A stretch of 63,423 nt of DNA, counting the filler, from Atractiella rhizophila (lineage: Eukaryota): assembly GCA_021432655.1 (NCBI GenBank). It is 6 parts of 6 records of this genome, joined end to end, with 100 filler letters (N's around TTAATTAATTAA, not from the genome) between each part and the next. Parts side by side here need not be neighbours in the genome. Positions count along the whole stretch, not along the records: positions 1 to 17,351 come from MU271300.1; 5 more parts are not named here. One strand, written 5' to 3'. Position 1 is the stretch's first letter. The number at the start of each line of letters is the position of its first letter. Under the pieces are notes generated by a model. The model was not told where the DNA came from. It did not search any database and was given only the letters and a program-made list of their open reading frames with translations. A program made the position numbers and the translations under genes. This document shows, in pieces, positions 1 to 11,693 of this stretch.

Positions 1-231
1 GTTACGAGCACGGTCTTTCCTTGCAATCTGCTCGTGTTAAACACAGACATCGTACTGTTATATCTCCTAACGAGCGATCCGTAAGCGCCTAATCTTCTCA
101 AAGAGAAATGTTGAAGGGAGAAATGCTGCAATGGTTGATAAAGCACGATATCGCGATGGTGCATTTCGTGGGGGTTGTTCGGCCCGGGATCCGATACATG
201 ATTGGACAACATATTTGTTGGATCGTTGATT

Positions 232-1456
232 ATGGAGAGCGAGAAGATTGTCCTGCCTGGCCAGCCTTTGAGCCCTGATAACGGCGCGAGTGGGCAATGT
301 AAAGGTGGAAGCGGGACTTTCACGAGGGATGGAAGAGTTTTCAGTAGTTTGTTCGGGAGAGCGAGAAAGGTTGGAGAGGTGAGTCGTTTGTCTGTTTTGC
401 AAGTGAGGGATGCATTGTGATTTTTATGAGCTGTGCCGCCATTTGCTCAGAAATGGTAGGCATTTGTGTTGCCTTTAAGGGACATCATAATGACTCAAGG
501 TGAGTGCCAGCTCACCAATCCATGTATACAATACATTCAACTTGGTGTTGCATTACAGAGGCTGTTACACTTTTGAAGTAATTGCATCTAGCCGCTGAAC
601 GAAGTAGACCATGACAAGCACTCGTTAGGTAAAACTATGCGTGATGGGACTTCCTGCGCGATCTTATCCATCAAAATGTGTTTCTCAGACTCTTAGTTTA
701 GACTCCTTATCCTTCTACAAAGGTTTCAATGAACATTTTTCCTCGTATGGGCACTCCCTTTGATGGTGCCCCCGCATCTCATGCTCCTCTTCCTGAACAT
801 GGCTCCAGCGTACTTTTTGTCTACTGCTTGCCCTTAGAGCAAGTACGACCAATGCATAACACTCCAGCTTGATCTGCTCGTTGCTGACGATGACTTCATT
901 AGACGGTCACAGTAATGACTCCTCGCACTACACTCTCAGTATCAGCCATCCCGACACCAGGCAGTCTGATAACAGGACAAGTGACTCGCCTCTCCCGCCG
1001 AGATGCAACATTGTTGATCCTAACAATTGATGGGATTCCTGTACCAATTGGCAGCGAGTTCATAGGAGTGATCAGGATCAACGATGTGAGAGAGACGGAA
1101 AAAGACAAGATCAAGATTTGGAACTGTTTTCGAGGGGGAGATACGGTGAGGGCCAGGGTAGTAAGTCGTTGTTCTCGTGTGCTTTTGCGAGAAGAGATGT
1201 ACGATTCATGTTCACTTCTATGATAGATTTTCGCTTGGAGACTCAAGGAAACTACTTCCTGTCGACTGCTGAGGACGCTTTGGGAGTCATTTCCGCAATC
1301 AGTCCGGGGGAAGGGTCATGATTCCCTGTGAGCTTAATCCTCCTCTCTGCCTGCGAAACTTAAGAAATGGTGAAAGCGAACTGGGAGGAGATGCGCGATC
1401 CCTTTTCTGGCGAAGTTGAGAGTCGGAAAGTGGCGGGGCCACTGACGCAGGCATGA
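232..1456 (+). CDS. CSL4: Exosome complex cap subunit Csl4 (4 exons; intron 1 is 524 nt)
   Basis: Motifs VLPGQPL...GSGTF, P.PGS.ITGQVTR, F.GVIR.NDVRETEKDKIKIWNCFRGGDTVRARV, NYFLSTA.D.LGVI, E.RKVA. Introns 379-902, 1161-1226, ~1328-1376. Homopolymer indels in exon 3. Confidence 0.95.
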
Positions 1457-1483
1457 TATATTGCAGCTTCCCTCAAATATACC

Positions 1484-1860
1484 TGGGCTAGCTGGCGCGC
1501 ACACATAGACCCATTGGCGCCGGCGCAGAGCATACTAGTTACGCCTGGATACGGAATCTGGCGGGCTCTTCTGACCGTTAGCCCTCTTTCCTCCGTGTGT
1601 TCTCCACGACACCTTTACTTTCAGGAATTTGCACATTCTACCAAATTTAGACTGTAGACTCATGTCACTTCTGGTCAGAGTTGGGTGAGTCTGAGGGAGC
1701 TCGAGGGAGGGTTAAGAAGGAACGGCTTTCTGTCGAACCGAAGGGCGTCGCAACCTTGTCGCCCGCGCCTGTTGTGGCTAGCACTGAATAGGCAATCATG
1801 TTTCTGCTTATAGTACACTGGCAGTAGTACCACTCTGAGTTGTCAGCTTGTCTTGTAACA
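1484..1860 (+). ncRNA. Candidate structured RNA element between CSL4 and the MFS transporter
   Basis: Nested 7-10 bp helices with G-U pairs on the + strand and a possible 5' pseudoknot; no ORF. Confidence 0.35.
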
Positions 1861-1958
1861 TGTTAGCGAAGTCGAAAGAGTCGGATTCGCGCGTGATGTG
1901 CCGGTCATGCCGCTTCAAAGATCAACCATAAAAGCATCAGGTTCTGCCCCCCCTCAAA

Positions 1959-3957
1959 ATGTCTAATACTAGAGCTGTGAGAGTGGTGTTGGGAGCACTT
2001 TATCTGTGCCACTAACGTGCTCAGATTTTAGAGTCGTCGCCAGCAAGTGAGTTTGCATCCTCGCTGTCCTCAAGTTGTACCTGAGAAGTCATGGCTGGTG
2101 GAAGAGCAGTGAATCCCAGTCTGCAATCTTGAAAGGATGGGAGAAAACTCGGTCGATGTAAAGCGGTCTTCCATGGCAACTTTCGTTGATGAACCGAGCG
2201 TGGAAGCGCAAGCTCAAGCGGACAACAAGTGCGATGATAATGAAAAGGTGGATATGGAAGCAATTACACCCCAAGCGGCTCCCAGCGACTTCCCTGATGG
2301 TGGAAGGGACGCCTGGCTCGTAGTATTAGGAGCTTGGTGTGTTGGATTTGCTACATTTGGCGTGGGTAAGCGTCACATTACAAGTCTTGCATTCGCTGAA
2401 TGGATATTTAATAGTGAATGGATGGGGAGCATGCCAAAATTACTATAGTACCCATCAGTTGTCGGACAAAAATCAGTCGGACATCTCTTGGATAGGTGCG
2501 CGCTGAGAAAGAATACATTGAAACCTTAGCTCAGTACACTTGCAGGAAGTTTGCAACTGGCGTTCCTGTTTTTTGGTGGGGTTATTTCAGGTCAGTGGAA
2601 TCCGGTGGATATGTGGTGAATTTGACGGATATCTGTTAGGACGACTATTCGATGCAGGGTACCTGCATGTCCTGATGGGCATTGGGACGATACTTTCATC
2701 TCTTTGCTTCTTTCTCACGAGTATTTGTACCGAGTACTGGCACTTCATTCTTTGTCAGGGTCTAGGCATGGGAGTAAGCTTCTTTTCCCTACTCGAAGGC
2801 CAGGCATGATCTAATGTCTTGCAGATTGGATTCGGAATCTTATTTATTCCTGCCGTGTCTTGTATATCACACTGGTGGAAAGGTCGTAGAGGACTTGCAC
2901 TCGGAGTGATGATGACAGGTATGCAGCTGTCCTCCCTTCAATTTTGATAGCCAACTTAGTGATCTTTACGCAGGGTCCTCAATCGGTGGAATCATCTTCC
3001 CCATTATGTTCAATAAACTGTTCCACTCGAGTATTGGCTTCGGTTGGTAAGTAAATACCGCCAGCATCAAATCCCGCAACTAACTCTCGTGCTGAATCTC
3101 AAGGGCTATCCGAGCAGCAGCTCTGGTCGAACTAGTAGTATTGATGATTGCAAATGTGACTCTGAAAGCGAGACTTCCTCCACGCAAGAAGGGGCACTTC
3201 ATCCAGCTCTCTGCATTGAAGGAAAACGGTGCGCGATTCACCCTTTGCTTTAAATCAACTGAATTTGTCACAGAATTCGTTTTGCTGTTTGGGGGATGCT
3301 TCTTTGTCCTACTGGGGCTATATGTGCCAATTTTCTACCTAGAAACGTGTAAGCTTTCATGATTTTTTCGTCACTACCATCTCAGCTCAAAAGATTTCAT
3401 GGCAGTTGCCCAGAAAGCAGGCGTATCTCCAACGCTAGTGGAATATGTACTCCCAATTTTCAATGCAGCTTCCATATTCGGAAGGTGGCTCCCCAACTGG
3501 TTTGTCACTACTCTGTGTGATGTATCCGGAGCTCAACAACTTTTCAGGTACGCGGACAGGCTAGGACCATTCAATGTCCACATTCCTTGTACCTTCATCA
3601 GTGGTGCACTGGTGTTTGTATGGCTGGCGACTGGAAACACAGGTGGAGTACGTCTTCTCCCAACTTTCGCCACATGTTAAAGGTGATCCTCATCATGCTA
3701 GACGATTGCTTTTGCTATAATTTATGGATTTACAAGCGGGGTATGGCAGAGCACAATCCCTGCAATGATGGTTGGTACCGTTCTTTCCCTCGTAGGATTG
3801 CCTATTCAGTCCAGCTCAACAGGCCAGGATAACTCGCCGGATGGATGAGATGGGTGCACGATTAGGTATGTCTCTTCATATAAAGGATACCACAACTCAA
3901 TGTTGCGGCAGGACTACTTTTCATTGGAAATTCCATAGCATCCTTAATTGGCACCCC
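1959..3957 (+). CDS. MFS monocarboxylate-porter family (Mch-like) transporter; 3' end lost in gap; start at 1959 or 2137
   Basis: [64 protein letters not shown]; many short GT-AG introns. Confidence 0.9.
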
Positions 3958-4702
3958 NNNNNNNNNNNNNNNNNNNNNNNNNNNNNNNNNNNNNNNNNNN
4001 NNNNNNNNNNNNNNNNNNNNNNNNNNNNNNNNNNNNNNNNNNNNNNNNNNNNNNNNNNNNNNNNNNNNNNNNNNNNNNNNNNNNNNNNNNNNNNNNNNNN
4101 NNNNNNNNNNNNNNNNNNNNNNNNNNNNNNNNNNNNNNNNNNNNNNNNNNNNNNNNNNNNNNNNNNNNNNNNNNNNNNNNNNNNNNNNNNNNNNNNNNNN
4201 NNNNNNNNNNNNNNNNNNNNNNNNNNNNNNNNNNNNNNNNNNNNNNNNNNNNNNNNNNNNNNNNNNNNNNNNNNNNNNNNNNNNNNNNNNNNNNNNNNNN
4301 NNNNNNNNNNNNNNNNNNNNNNNNNNNNNNNNNNNNNNNNNNNNNNNNNNNNNNNNNNNNNNNNNNNNNNNNNNNNNNNNNNNNNNNNNNNNNNNNNNNN
4401 NNNNNNNNNNNNNNNNNNNNNNNNNNNNNNNNNNNNNNNNNNNNNNNNNNNNNNNNNNNNNNNNNNNNNNNNNNNNNNNNNNNNNNNNNNNNNNNNNNNN
4501 NNNNNNNNNNNNNNNNNNNNNNNNNNNNNNNNNNNNNNNNNNNNNNNNNNNNNNNNNNNNNNNNNNNNNNNNNNNNNNNNNNNNNNNNNNNNNNNNNNNN
4601 NNNNNNNNNNNNNNNNNNNNNNNNNNNNNNNNNNNNNNNNNNNNNNNNNNNNNNNNNNNNNNNNNNNNNNNNNNNNNNNNNNNNNNNNNNNNNNNNNNNN
4701 NN
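3958..4702. other. Scaffold gap (N); others at 6766-7093, 15395-15524, 50044-50512
   Basis: Runs of N without spacer; the genes at 15.4 kb and 50 kb continue across their gaps. Confidence 0.99.
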
Positions 4703-4728
4703 TCCAGTTGCTGAAGCAAGAGAACACG

Positions 4729-5926
4729 ATGCCCGCAAAAATTGCTATCATTTACTATTCCATGCAAGTACCCCGATGGCAAATTAGGATGTATTCGCTG
4801 AGGCCGTCCACAGGTACAATCACATCCTGACCCTAGCAGAGGGGATCAAAGAGGCAAGAATTTGTCTATTTTGGGTCTTGAAAAGATTGTTGATCAAGGA
4901 GCAGGGTGTGAAAGAGGCGGGGATTGACGCTGACATTTTCCAACTCCCCGAAAGTGAGTTCATCAAGTCAAGCATATATCACTGTTTGACGGAAGGCATT
5001 GCAGCTCTGCCTGCAGAAGTGCTCACTTTGATGCACGCTCCGCCAAAGTCGACAAAGTATCCCGTGCTTCACGATCCGAATAAGCTGAAGGAGTACGACG
5101 GCTTCCTTCTCGGAGCTCCAACTCGTTATGGACGTGTTCCCGCTCAAGTTTCTGCGTTCTTCGACATGACAGGAGGATTATGGGCTTCGTAAGCAAATGT
5201 GATACAACATTGTTAATCAAAGCTGATAGGTAGGCAGCGGAGCGCTCGTTGGAAAGTATGCCGGAATATTCAGTTCAACAGCGAGTCAACATGGTGGGCA
5301 AGAAACAACTGCTTTGACGACGATTCCATTCTTTGCGCACCACGGTACAAGTTCCATGACATGCCCCTTCTATTTCTAAAGCTGTATCGCGAATAGGCAT
5401 CGCATTTGTCCCTTTAGGATATGCAGAACCGACTGGAGTCTTGAACAAAGTTGACAAAGTGGTTGGAGGCAGTCCCTGGGGAGCTACAACCATCGCGGGT
5501 TCAGATGGGCAAGCAGCTACTTTTGCATAGATCGACGTCGTAGCTGATCAGAATGCGCATAGCTCGCGCCAAGTAGCTGAAGAGGAATTGACGGTTGCTC
5601 GCTTTCAAGGCAAGTCATTCGCGACCCTTTTGTCGACCGTAGTACGTGGACGCGAACTGCAAGTGCTTCTTTCTGCGGAAACGTCACGATTTTAACACTC
5701 GTCCAGTTTGTCCGCAACGAAGGACTCGACGACTTCCTCCTCCGCTGAGTCTAAGGTGGAGAAGACGGAAGTAAAGGAAGAGAAGAAGACAGAGGGTCCT
5801 GTTAAGAAGGAGAAGAAGGGAGGATTCTTGAGCAAACTTCCATGTTGTGGCAGGTGAGTCTCCCTGCAGCGCCAGGCTCTTATATGCTGACACATTTCTC
5901 ATAGCGCTGAAAATTTCGACTCATAA
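4729..5926 (+). CDS. Flavodoxin-like NAD(P)H:quinone oxidoreductase (WrbA/Pst2/Ycp4 family) with charged C-terminal tail containing a CC motif
   Basis: KIAIIYYSMYNH, YDGFLLGAPTRYG, FFDMTGGLW, STASQHGGQETT, GGSPWGA.TIAGSDGSRQ, FQGKSF; 8 introns reconstructed. Confidence 0.93.
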
Positions 5927-6023
5927 TAATGTTATTCTTCATAGCGTTCCATAGCTTGTGTCTCACCTTGATACCTTTTAATAACACAATTTAATTTATC
6001 AAAGATCACAACAAAGTCTAGCA

Positions 6024-6765
6024 TTACATATCGAACTCAAAGTCTTCGTCGTCATCTTTCCGCTTCGAACGCCCGCCAACAAATCCAGTTCTAAGTCTTC
6101 CATCCCTCTTATCCTCCTCGTCGTCACTCTCAGCCTTCTTCTTCAGCGGCTCGAGCCTCAACGAAGGATCCAAGGATTCTGCAGCAACAAGCAAAAGCTC
6201 TATATCCTCAACAGTAGTTTTCATGCCTCTCAATGCTCCAAATTGCTCGTTATCTGTCCCAAGGCCTACAATCTGCTTTGCCATCTCCCCATTCTTGTAA
6301 ATGAGCATCGTAGGCACTGCACGGTCGGGATAGTTTTCAATGCATCTCGTGGAGACGATTTTGACAAACTTTGTGGAAGGGTAGATGCGTGCTAACGAAT
6401 GTAGATGTCGCGTCAGGAGAACGGAATGAGGGATGCTGTTATGAACGACACAGCTGGTCAGAACCATTCTCATGGAGTTGCATCTAGAGTAGCAGTGGTG
6501 CACCACACAGCCAGAACATGCATATGTGGACAGAATAAATCTCTTTACTGTCACCGCAAGAGAGACCAGCATCGTTCTTCGAAATGAACAGCTCCACTAT
6601 GGACTATGGATCTCCCTTCGTCCGGCATATCTCAAAGCAATCGACTCACCTGTCCTTATAAAGCAAGCAAACCACACTGATGTCCTTGCTCCCATCTACT
6701 ACGACTTTGTTATAATCCTCTCTGCCAATCTCTTCCAACTCCCCATACTTCTGCTTCTCTTTCTC
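6024..6765 (-). CDS. PLP2: Phosducin-like protein (Plp2/PDCL3), 5' part in gap
   Basis: YPSTKFVKIVSTRCIENYPDRAVPTMLIYKNG and acidic C-terminus DDEDFEFDM. Confidence 0.85.
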
Positions 6766-7558
6766 NNNNNNNNNNNNNNNNNNNNNNNNNNNNNNNNNNN
6801 NNNNNNNNNNNNNNNNNNNNNNNNNNNNNNNNNNNNNNNNNNNNNNNNNNNNNNNNNNNNNNNNNNNNNNNNNNNNNNNNNNNNNNNNNNNNNNNNNNNN
6901 NNNNNNNNNNNNNNNNNNNNNNNNNNNNNNNNNNNNNNNNNNNNNNNNNNNNNNNNNNNNNNNNNNNNNNNNNNNNNNNNNNNNNNNNNNNNNNNNNNNN
7001 NNNNNNNNNNNNNNNNNNNNNNNNNNNNNNNNNNNNNNNNNNNNNNNNNNNNNNNNNNNNNNNNNNNNNNNNNNNNNNNNNNNNNNNNNNNNNGCAATTT
7101 CTCACTCTGCCACTGTAAATTTTGGGTTTTTGTTTTCATGAAGTTTCCTCTTTCTGGACGAACGATGAGATAAGTAGTCTAGGAAGGTGACGCTTGGCAG
7201 GTAGGCATGAAAGTTTTTTTCATACTATCATAAAAGTATAAGAAATGTCTGCAACAAATGGACCACTTCCTTCCTCATAGCTATCCAGAGCGGTGAGTAG
7301 CGTGCAGCTTCAATCAATCTATCTTGCTCGTTTGTATGTTGAAAGTTAGATGGACGAAGAGGTGGAGCGCCTCTTCCTCACATCCTGGAACGAGCTGGTT
7401 CCTCATCTTATAATAGAGGCTAGTGTTTCAAAAGCAGGTTCGACCGTGGAAGGTTATGCATTATGAAGGGATATATACACTGTCGCATAGTCAGCACTGC
7501 ATCGAAAGGTAGCAAAAGGCTTACTACAACGACCGCCAACTCGCTCGCACAGAAGGGA

Positions 7559-9081
7559 TCACCGATCTATTCCACCATTCATGAGCCTGTGTTCAAGAGG
7601 AAGAGGAGGAAACGCACAAAACTCCAACGTCTCATCGTTCCGCTTCACAATTTGCTTCCAGGCCTCCTCAAAATCGGCCGGCAGGATAACGTACCGATTC
7701 TTCCTGACTGCTTGCAGACCTGCAGCCTGACAGATGCTCGCGATTTCTGCACTGGAGAGCTTATCCGGTCTCTGCACATCTTTCCCCCGTCCAACCATCA
7801 GTTTGCATCCGCAAAGACTCAAGCCACTTACAGTCCTCCAAATCCACCTCCTGCCCAATGCTCATCTTCGATGTGATAGTTTGGAAAATGAGCCGTTTCT
7901 CTCTCCTCGTCGGGGTTGGGAATTCGATCTTCCTATCAAGACGTCCAGGACGTAGGAGTGCAGGATCCAATGTATCAGCGCGGTTGGTAGCCATGATCAC
8001 TTTAACATTGGAACCTTGGTCGAAGCCGTCCATCTGAGTCAGAAGTTCGATCAAAATACGTTGGACTTCACGGTCCGCGCCGGTTTGTGCGTCAAACCTA
8101 TCATGACAAGCATTAGGTTCAAAATTCGAAACCACTTCGAAAAAAAGAAGGTAGACGAACCGTTTAGTGGCAATAGCGTCAATCTCATCAATGAAGACAA
8201 TACACGGCTCGTTTTCCCTTGCAAGCCTAAAGACGTCCCTGACCATGCGAGGTCCCTCCCCTAGATACTTCTGCACGAACTCGCTCCCGACGACACGGAT
8301 GAAGGAAGCGGTTGTGTGGTGAGCAACGGCTTTCACAAGCATCGTCTTCCCTGTCCCCGGAGGACCATAGAGAAGGACACCTCGGGGAGGATCGATACCT
8401 ATTTGTCGGTAAAGGTCATGTTGTGTTAGTGGAAGCTCGACAGCTTCTCGTATTTCTTGCTTTTGAATGTCAAGGCCGCCAATATCAGAATAAGTCACGT
8501 CCGGTTTCTCGTCTGCTCCCAGCCTTTGCTCCTCACTCAGCATCCCCTTTTTTGTTTCAAGCGAGAAAAGACGCACATAGTGATTGACGATACTGCTTCA
8601 GGTGGAAGAACGTCCACGAGCGCATTGCTGTGACGGTGGAGAGCAATACTTGTGTTCGGCTTCAGCAGCTCACGGTCGATGGTACTGAGTATCCGAACAA
8701 GGTAATTGCTGCCCGTTGTGCTCCCCACAATACCAGTATTCCCATCTACGGGTTCCTGAAATTGACCAATGACCAATGGAACGCTCTGTATCCGCTTCAC
8801 TTCCTCCTGAGCTCGTACCAGCTCGCGCTTGAGGAAGAGCGACTCGTCCTTTATGTAGGACTCTTGGAGAGCTAAAAATTGGAGTTGGTGCAATAAAGAT
8901 TTGTAGGTGAGATAGAGGTCTGCGTCATTGCTGGCGGTGGAGGAGAGAATGGTCGATTTGTCGTGGAGCGTGGCTGAGAAGAGCGGGTCCTAGTCCGCCA
9001 TAACAAGCCCTGAGACATGCGCTTTACTGATGAAGGAAAGAGACACACCTCTTTAGAGATTTCTATGCCTATCTGCTCCAT
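7559..9081 (-). CDS. RPT3: 26S proteasome AAA-ATPase Rpt3 (PSMC4)
   Basis: [66 protein letters not shown]. Confidence 0.98.
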
Positions 9082-9231
9082 TTTCGTGCGCTTCTAAGTC
9101 AAAATGATAGAAATTGTTGAGTTCGTCGTTAGCAAGACGCGTAAGTTGAGCTCATCGGCAATTCCCTCCTGCGACAAATAAACAAGTATACCCGCTACAA
9201 TCTTCTTGGACACGTGACACCTGTAAAATCT

Positions 9232-11236
9232 ATGAGCCTTTTTGACAGAAAAGATGCATCAAGAATTCGATTCCTCTTCCACCTCCTTCTCTCCGTCTTC
9301 CCTCCAGAGTCCTCTTCTCTCGCTTCGCAGCTGCACCAGCGCCGGCGACTCTCTCTCTCCTCCCCACGCACTGCGACGAGCTCACTGCCAGTAACATCAG
9401 AATCGACATCTTTGACACAGGCAGAGGCCAAAGTGATCAAAGATGACACAATCGAAGAGCTGAGTACGGAGGATGAGAGGGAGCAAAGGGAGAAACGGAT
9501 GATCGGAGCAGTCAGGACGATCTTGGAGTGCATTGGAGAGGATCCGGATCGAGAGGGATTGAAACATACCCCTGAGAGATATGCTAAGGCTTTGTTGTGG
9601 ATGACGAAAGGGTATGAGGAGAAATTGGAGGGTGAGCTTTTCTCCTTGTTCCTCTCTAATGGGGTGGAAGGGGAGAAGCATCTCCCCTCGTTATGAGAAT
9701 GCCATGGGCCCAAGAGCAAGCGAACAAAATGCTAGCTACAGTAAAGAGTGGATGTGCTGCCTTCAGGTAAAACCAAAATGGCTGCACCTCCTTCGTTCCT
9801 CATACCGTCATTTGACGTAACATGCTATCGGCTCAGATTTCTACTAACTTGGAGGGTAGTCGCCACCATCTAAATGTTCCTTCCCATATGTGGGTAAAGC
9901 AGAGTCTTGTAGCGGACATTTAAATATCACGGTATCATTTGTTGGCTCTTGACCTGCCCCTCCAGAACTGACAAGAGAAGGGTTCGATGGACCTGTCTGG
10001 CAAAAACATCCAACGCGATTATCTATTCGCTTGGACAGCACATTGTTATTCTCTAAAACGTTCTTAGGGTATTTTGTTCGAAACAGGGTAACGATGAACA
10101 TTCCATTTGGGTTTGTTTTTCTGATGTCCTTGCAAGATTTGCATTGTTGGCTCGGCATGCCTTTGGACTCTGCCCAAAACGTATTTTTTCTTACCTGCAT
10201 TCATAGTGGGATAGATTATATTTCAAAATGTTGGATTGCACCATCCCATGTCGGCATAACATATATATCAAGTGTTAATGCCTGGCAAATTCTTGACCTC
10301 TAACGAGCAAGGCCATCGAGGCCTTTTGTGGCCTTATGCTCCACGACATGTGTGGTTTTTGACCGTCTAGCAATTTCATACGTGCAGCAGCTGCTGTTTG
10401 ACAAGCAGAGAAACCTCCGTGCCGCGATCGCATCAATCTTTGAGGTGAAGCCGGCTGGTACTGTCCCGCATTCGAACGGACGACGTCTGCTTTGAACAAA
10501 TATCCATCAGCTTCAGAATCACTGACTCTTTTAGATGACTTCATTTCATTGTATGTCCAAGAACGCTGAACAGAAAGATGGCGGATGGGTACAGACGTGA
10601 TTGGCCGCGGCATTTTCCCCGAAGACCATGATGAGATGGTCATTGTGCGCAACATCCCTCTCACCAGTTTATGTGAACACCACCTCCTTCCATTCACTGG
10701 ACACGTACGTCCTATTTCTCGCCTCTTCTCAATCCATCCCTTCTCATGGCACGCGACGAGTATTGACGAGGCATGCATGGACAGGTATCAATAGGCTACA
10801 TCCCGACTTCGAAAGTCATCGGCCTGTCCAAGCTCGCTCGGATCGCTGAGACGCTCGCGAAGAGGTTGCAGATACAAGAGAGACTGACGAAGCAGATCGC
10901 GGAGGCTGTATCGGAGGTGATCAAACCGATGGGCGTGGGAGTGGTGATGGAGGCTTCGTGAGTCTTGCCGCTGCCATTTCTTCACTCAACGCAAACTAGA
11001 TTGACTGAAAATGGTGGGCTATAGGCATATGTGCATGACCATCCGTGGTGTCCAGAAGCCGGGATCGACGACGGTGACCAGTGCCATGTTGGGCGCTTTT
11101 AGGAGGAGCGAGAAGACGAGAGCGGAGTTCTTGACTCTCATTCGGTCTGTCGTCCACGTCCTCTCGACTTAATTTTATCGCTAGCTGATGGTTGATTGAT
11201 CGTGATAGGTCGCCAGGGAGAGTGACGGACTATTGA
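9232..11236 (+). CDS. FOL2: GTP cyclohydrolase I (start uncertain, 9232 or 9254); intron 1 is 963 nt
   Basis: [72 protein letters not shown]. Confidence 0.97.
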
Positions 11237-11693
11237 TGGCCGTATTACGTGGACAGCTCGCACATTCAACATCGATGTGAGTTTGGTAAATATGGAGGGG
11301 AGACAGGCGCACTTCGAAATTCTTCAACAGATCATATCTTTATGCCGTCTTTTACCAGCACAACACCTGTACAAGTAGAATACTATTGCTTTGATTACAT
11401 GTTTCCTCATCGCTGGAGCCCGAAAACATGAGTTGTGAGGGAAACGACATGCTGCGAGCTGGAAACGGGAAGCGAGGCGAATTCAGGCAGGACGGCCGAT
11501 CGAGTGGCTGCATCTGTACGACCACCACGCACCGCTCAGTCCCTTTCTTTCCAGCCAGCTCAGCCAGTTCTGCGGCGAGGAACTCTTTAATATCGCCCAG
11601 CAGAAGCCATATCGTTAGAGGCAGAAACAAGTTGCCCCGCTTTCTCAGCAGTCTATAGATCTCGTCAAGTTCTTTCCGCGTTGCCACTTCAAA

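Noticed and set aside
868..890. TPP riboswitch in CSL4 intron (CTTGATCTG)
   Set aside because: Lacks the following TAAT..CAGCG and the upstream CTGAGA motif in the right context; gene unrelated to thiamine.
889..900. GATGACTTCATT shared by CSL4 and GCH1 (10534-10545) long introns
   Set aside because: A single 12-mer across several kb of pairwise comparison is plausible by chance and was not seen in the other two introns.
1227..1330. Frameshifts in CSL4 exon 3 as programmed frameshifting or pseudogenisation
   Set aside because: All lie in homopolymer runs (TTTT, AAA, GGGGG, CCC) of an essential gene; sequencing error is far likelier.
1478..1640. U1 snRNA (ATATACCTG, GATACGGAAT loop, TTGCAC loop)
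   Set aside because: The invariant ACTTACCTG is absent and no properly placed Sm site follows.
3841..4830. Long ORFs spanning N gaps (also ~6.5-7.2 kb, 15.3-15.9 kb, 50.0-50.7 kb)
   Set aside because: Artefacts of translating through Ns.
9844..10200. Nested genes in long introns (118-aa ORF here; 128-aa ORF at 30005-30391)
   Set aside because: No recognisable domains or signal peptides; lengths compatible with chance, though not excluded.
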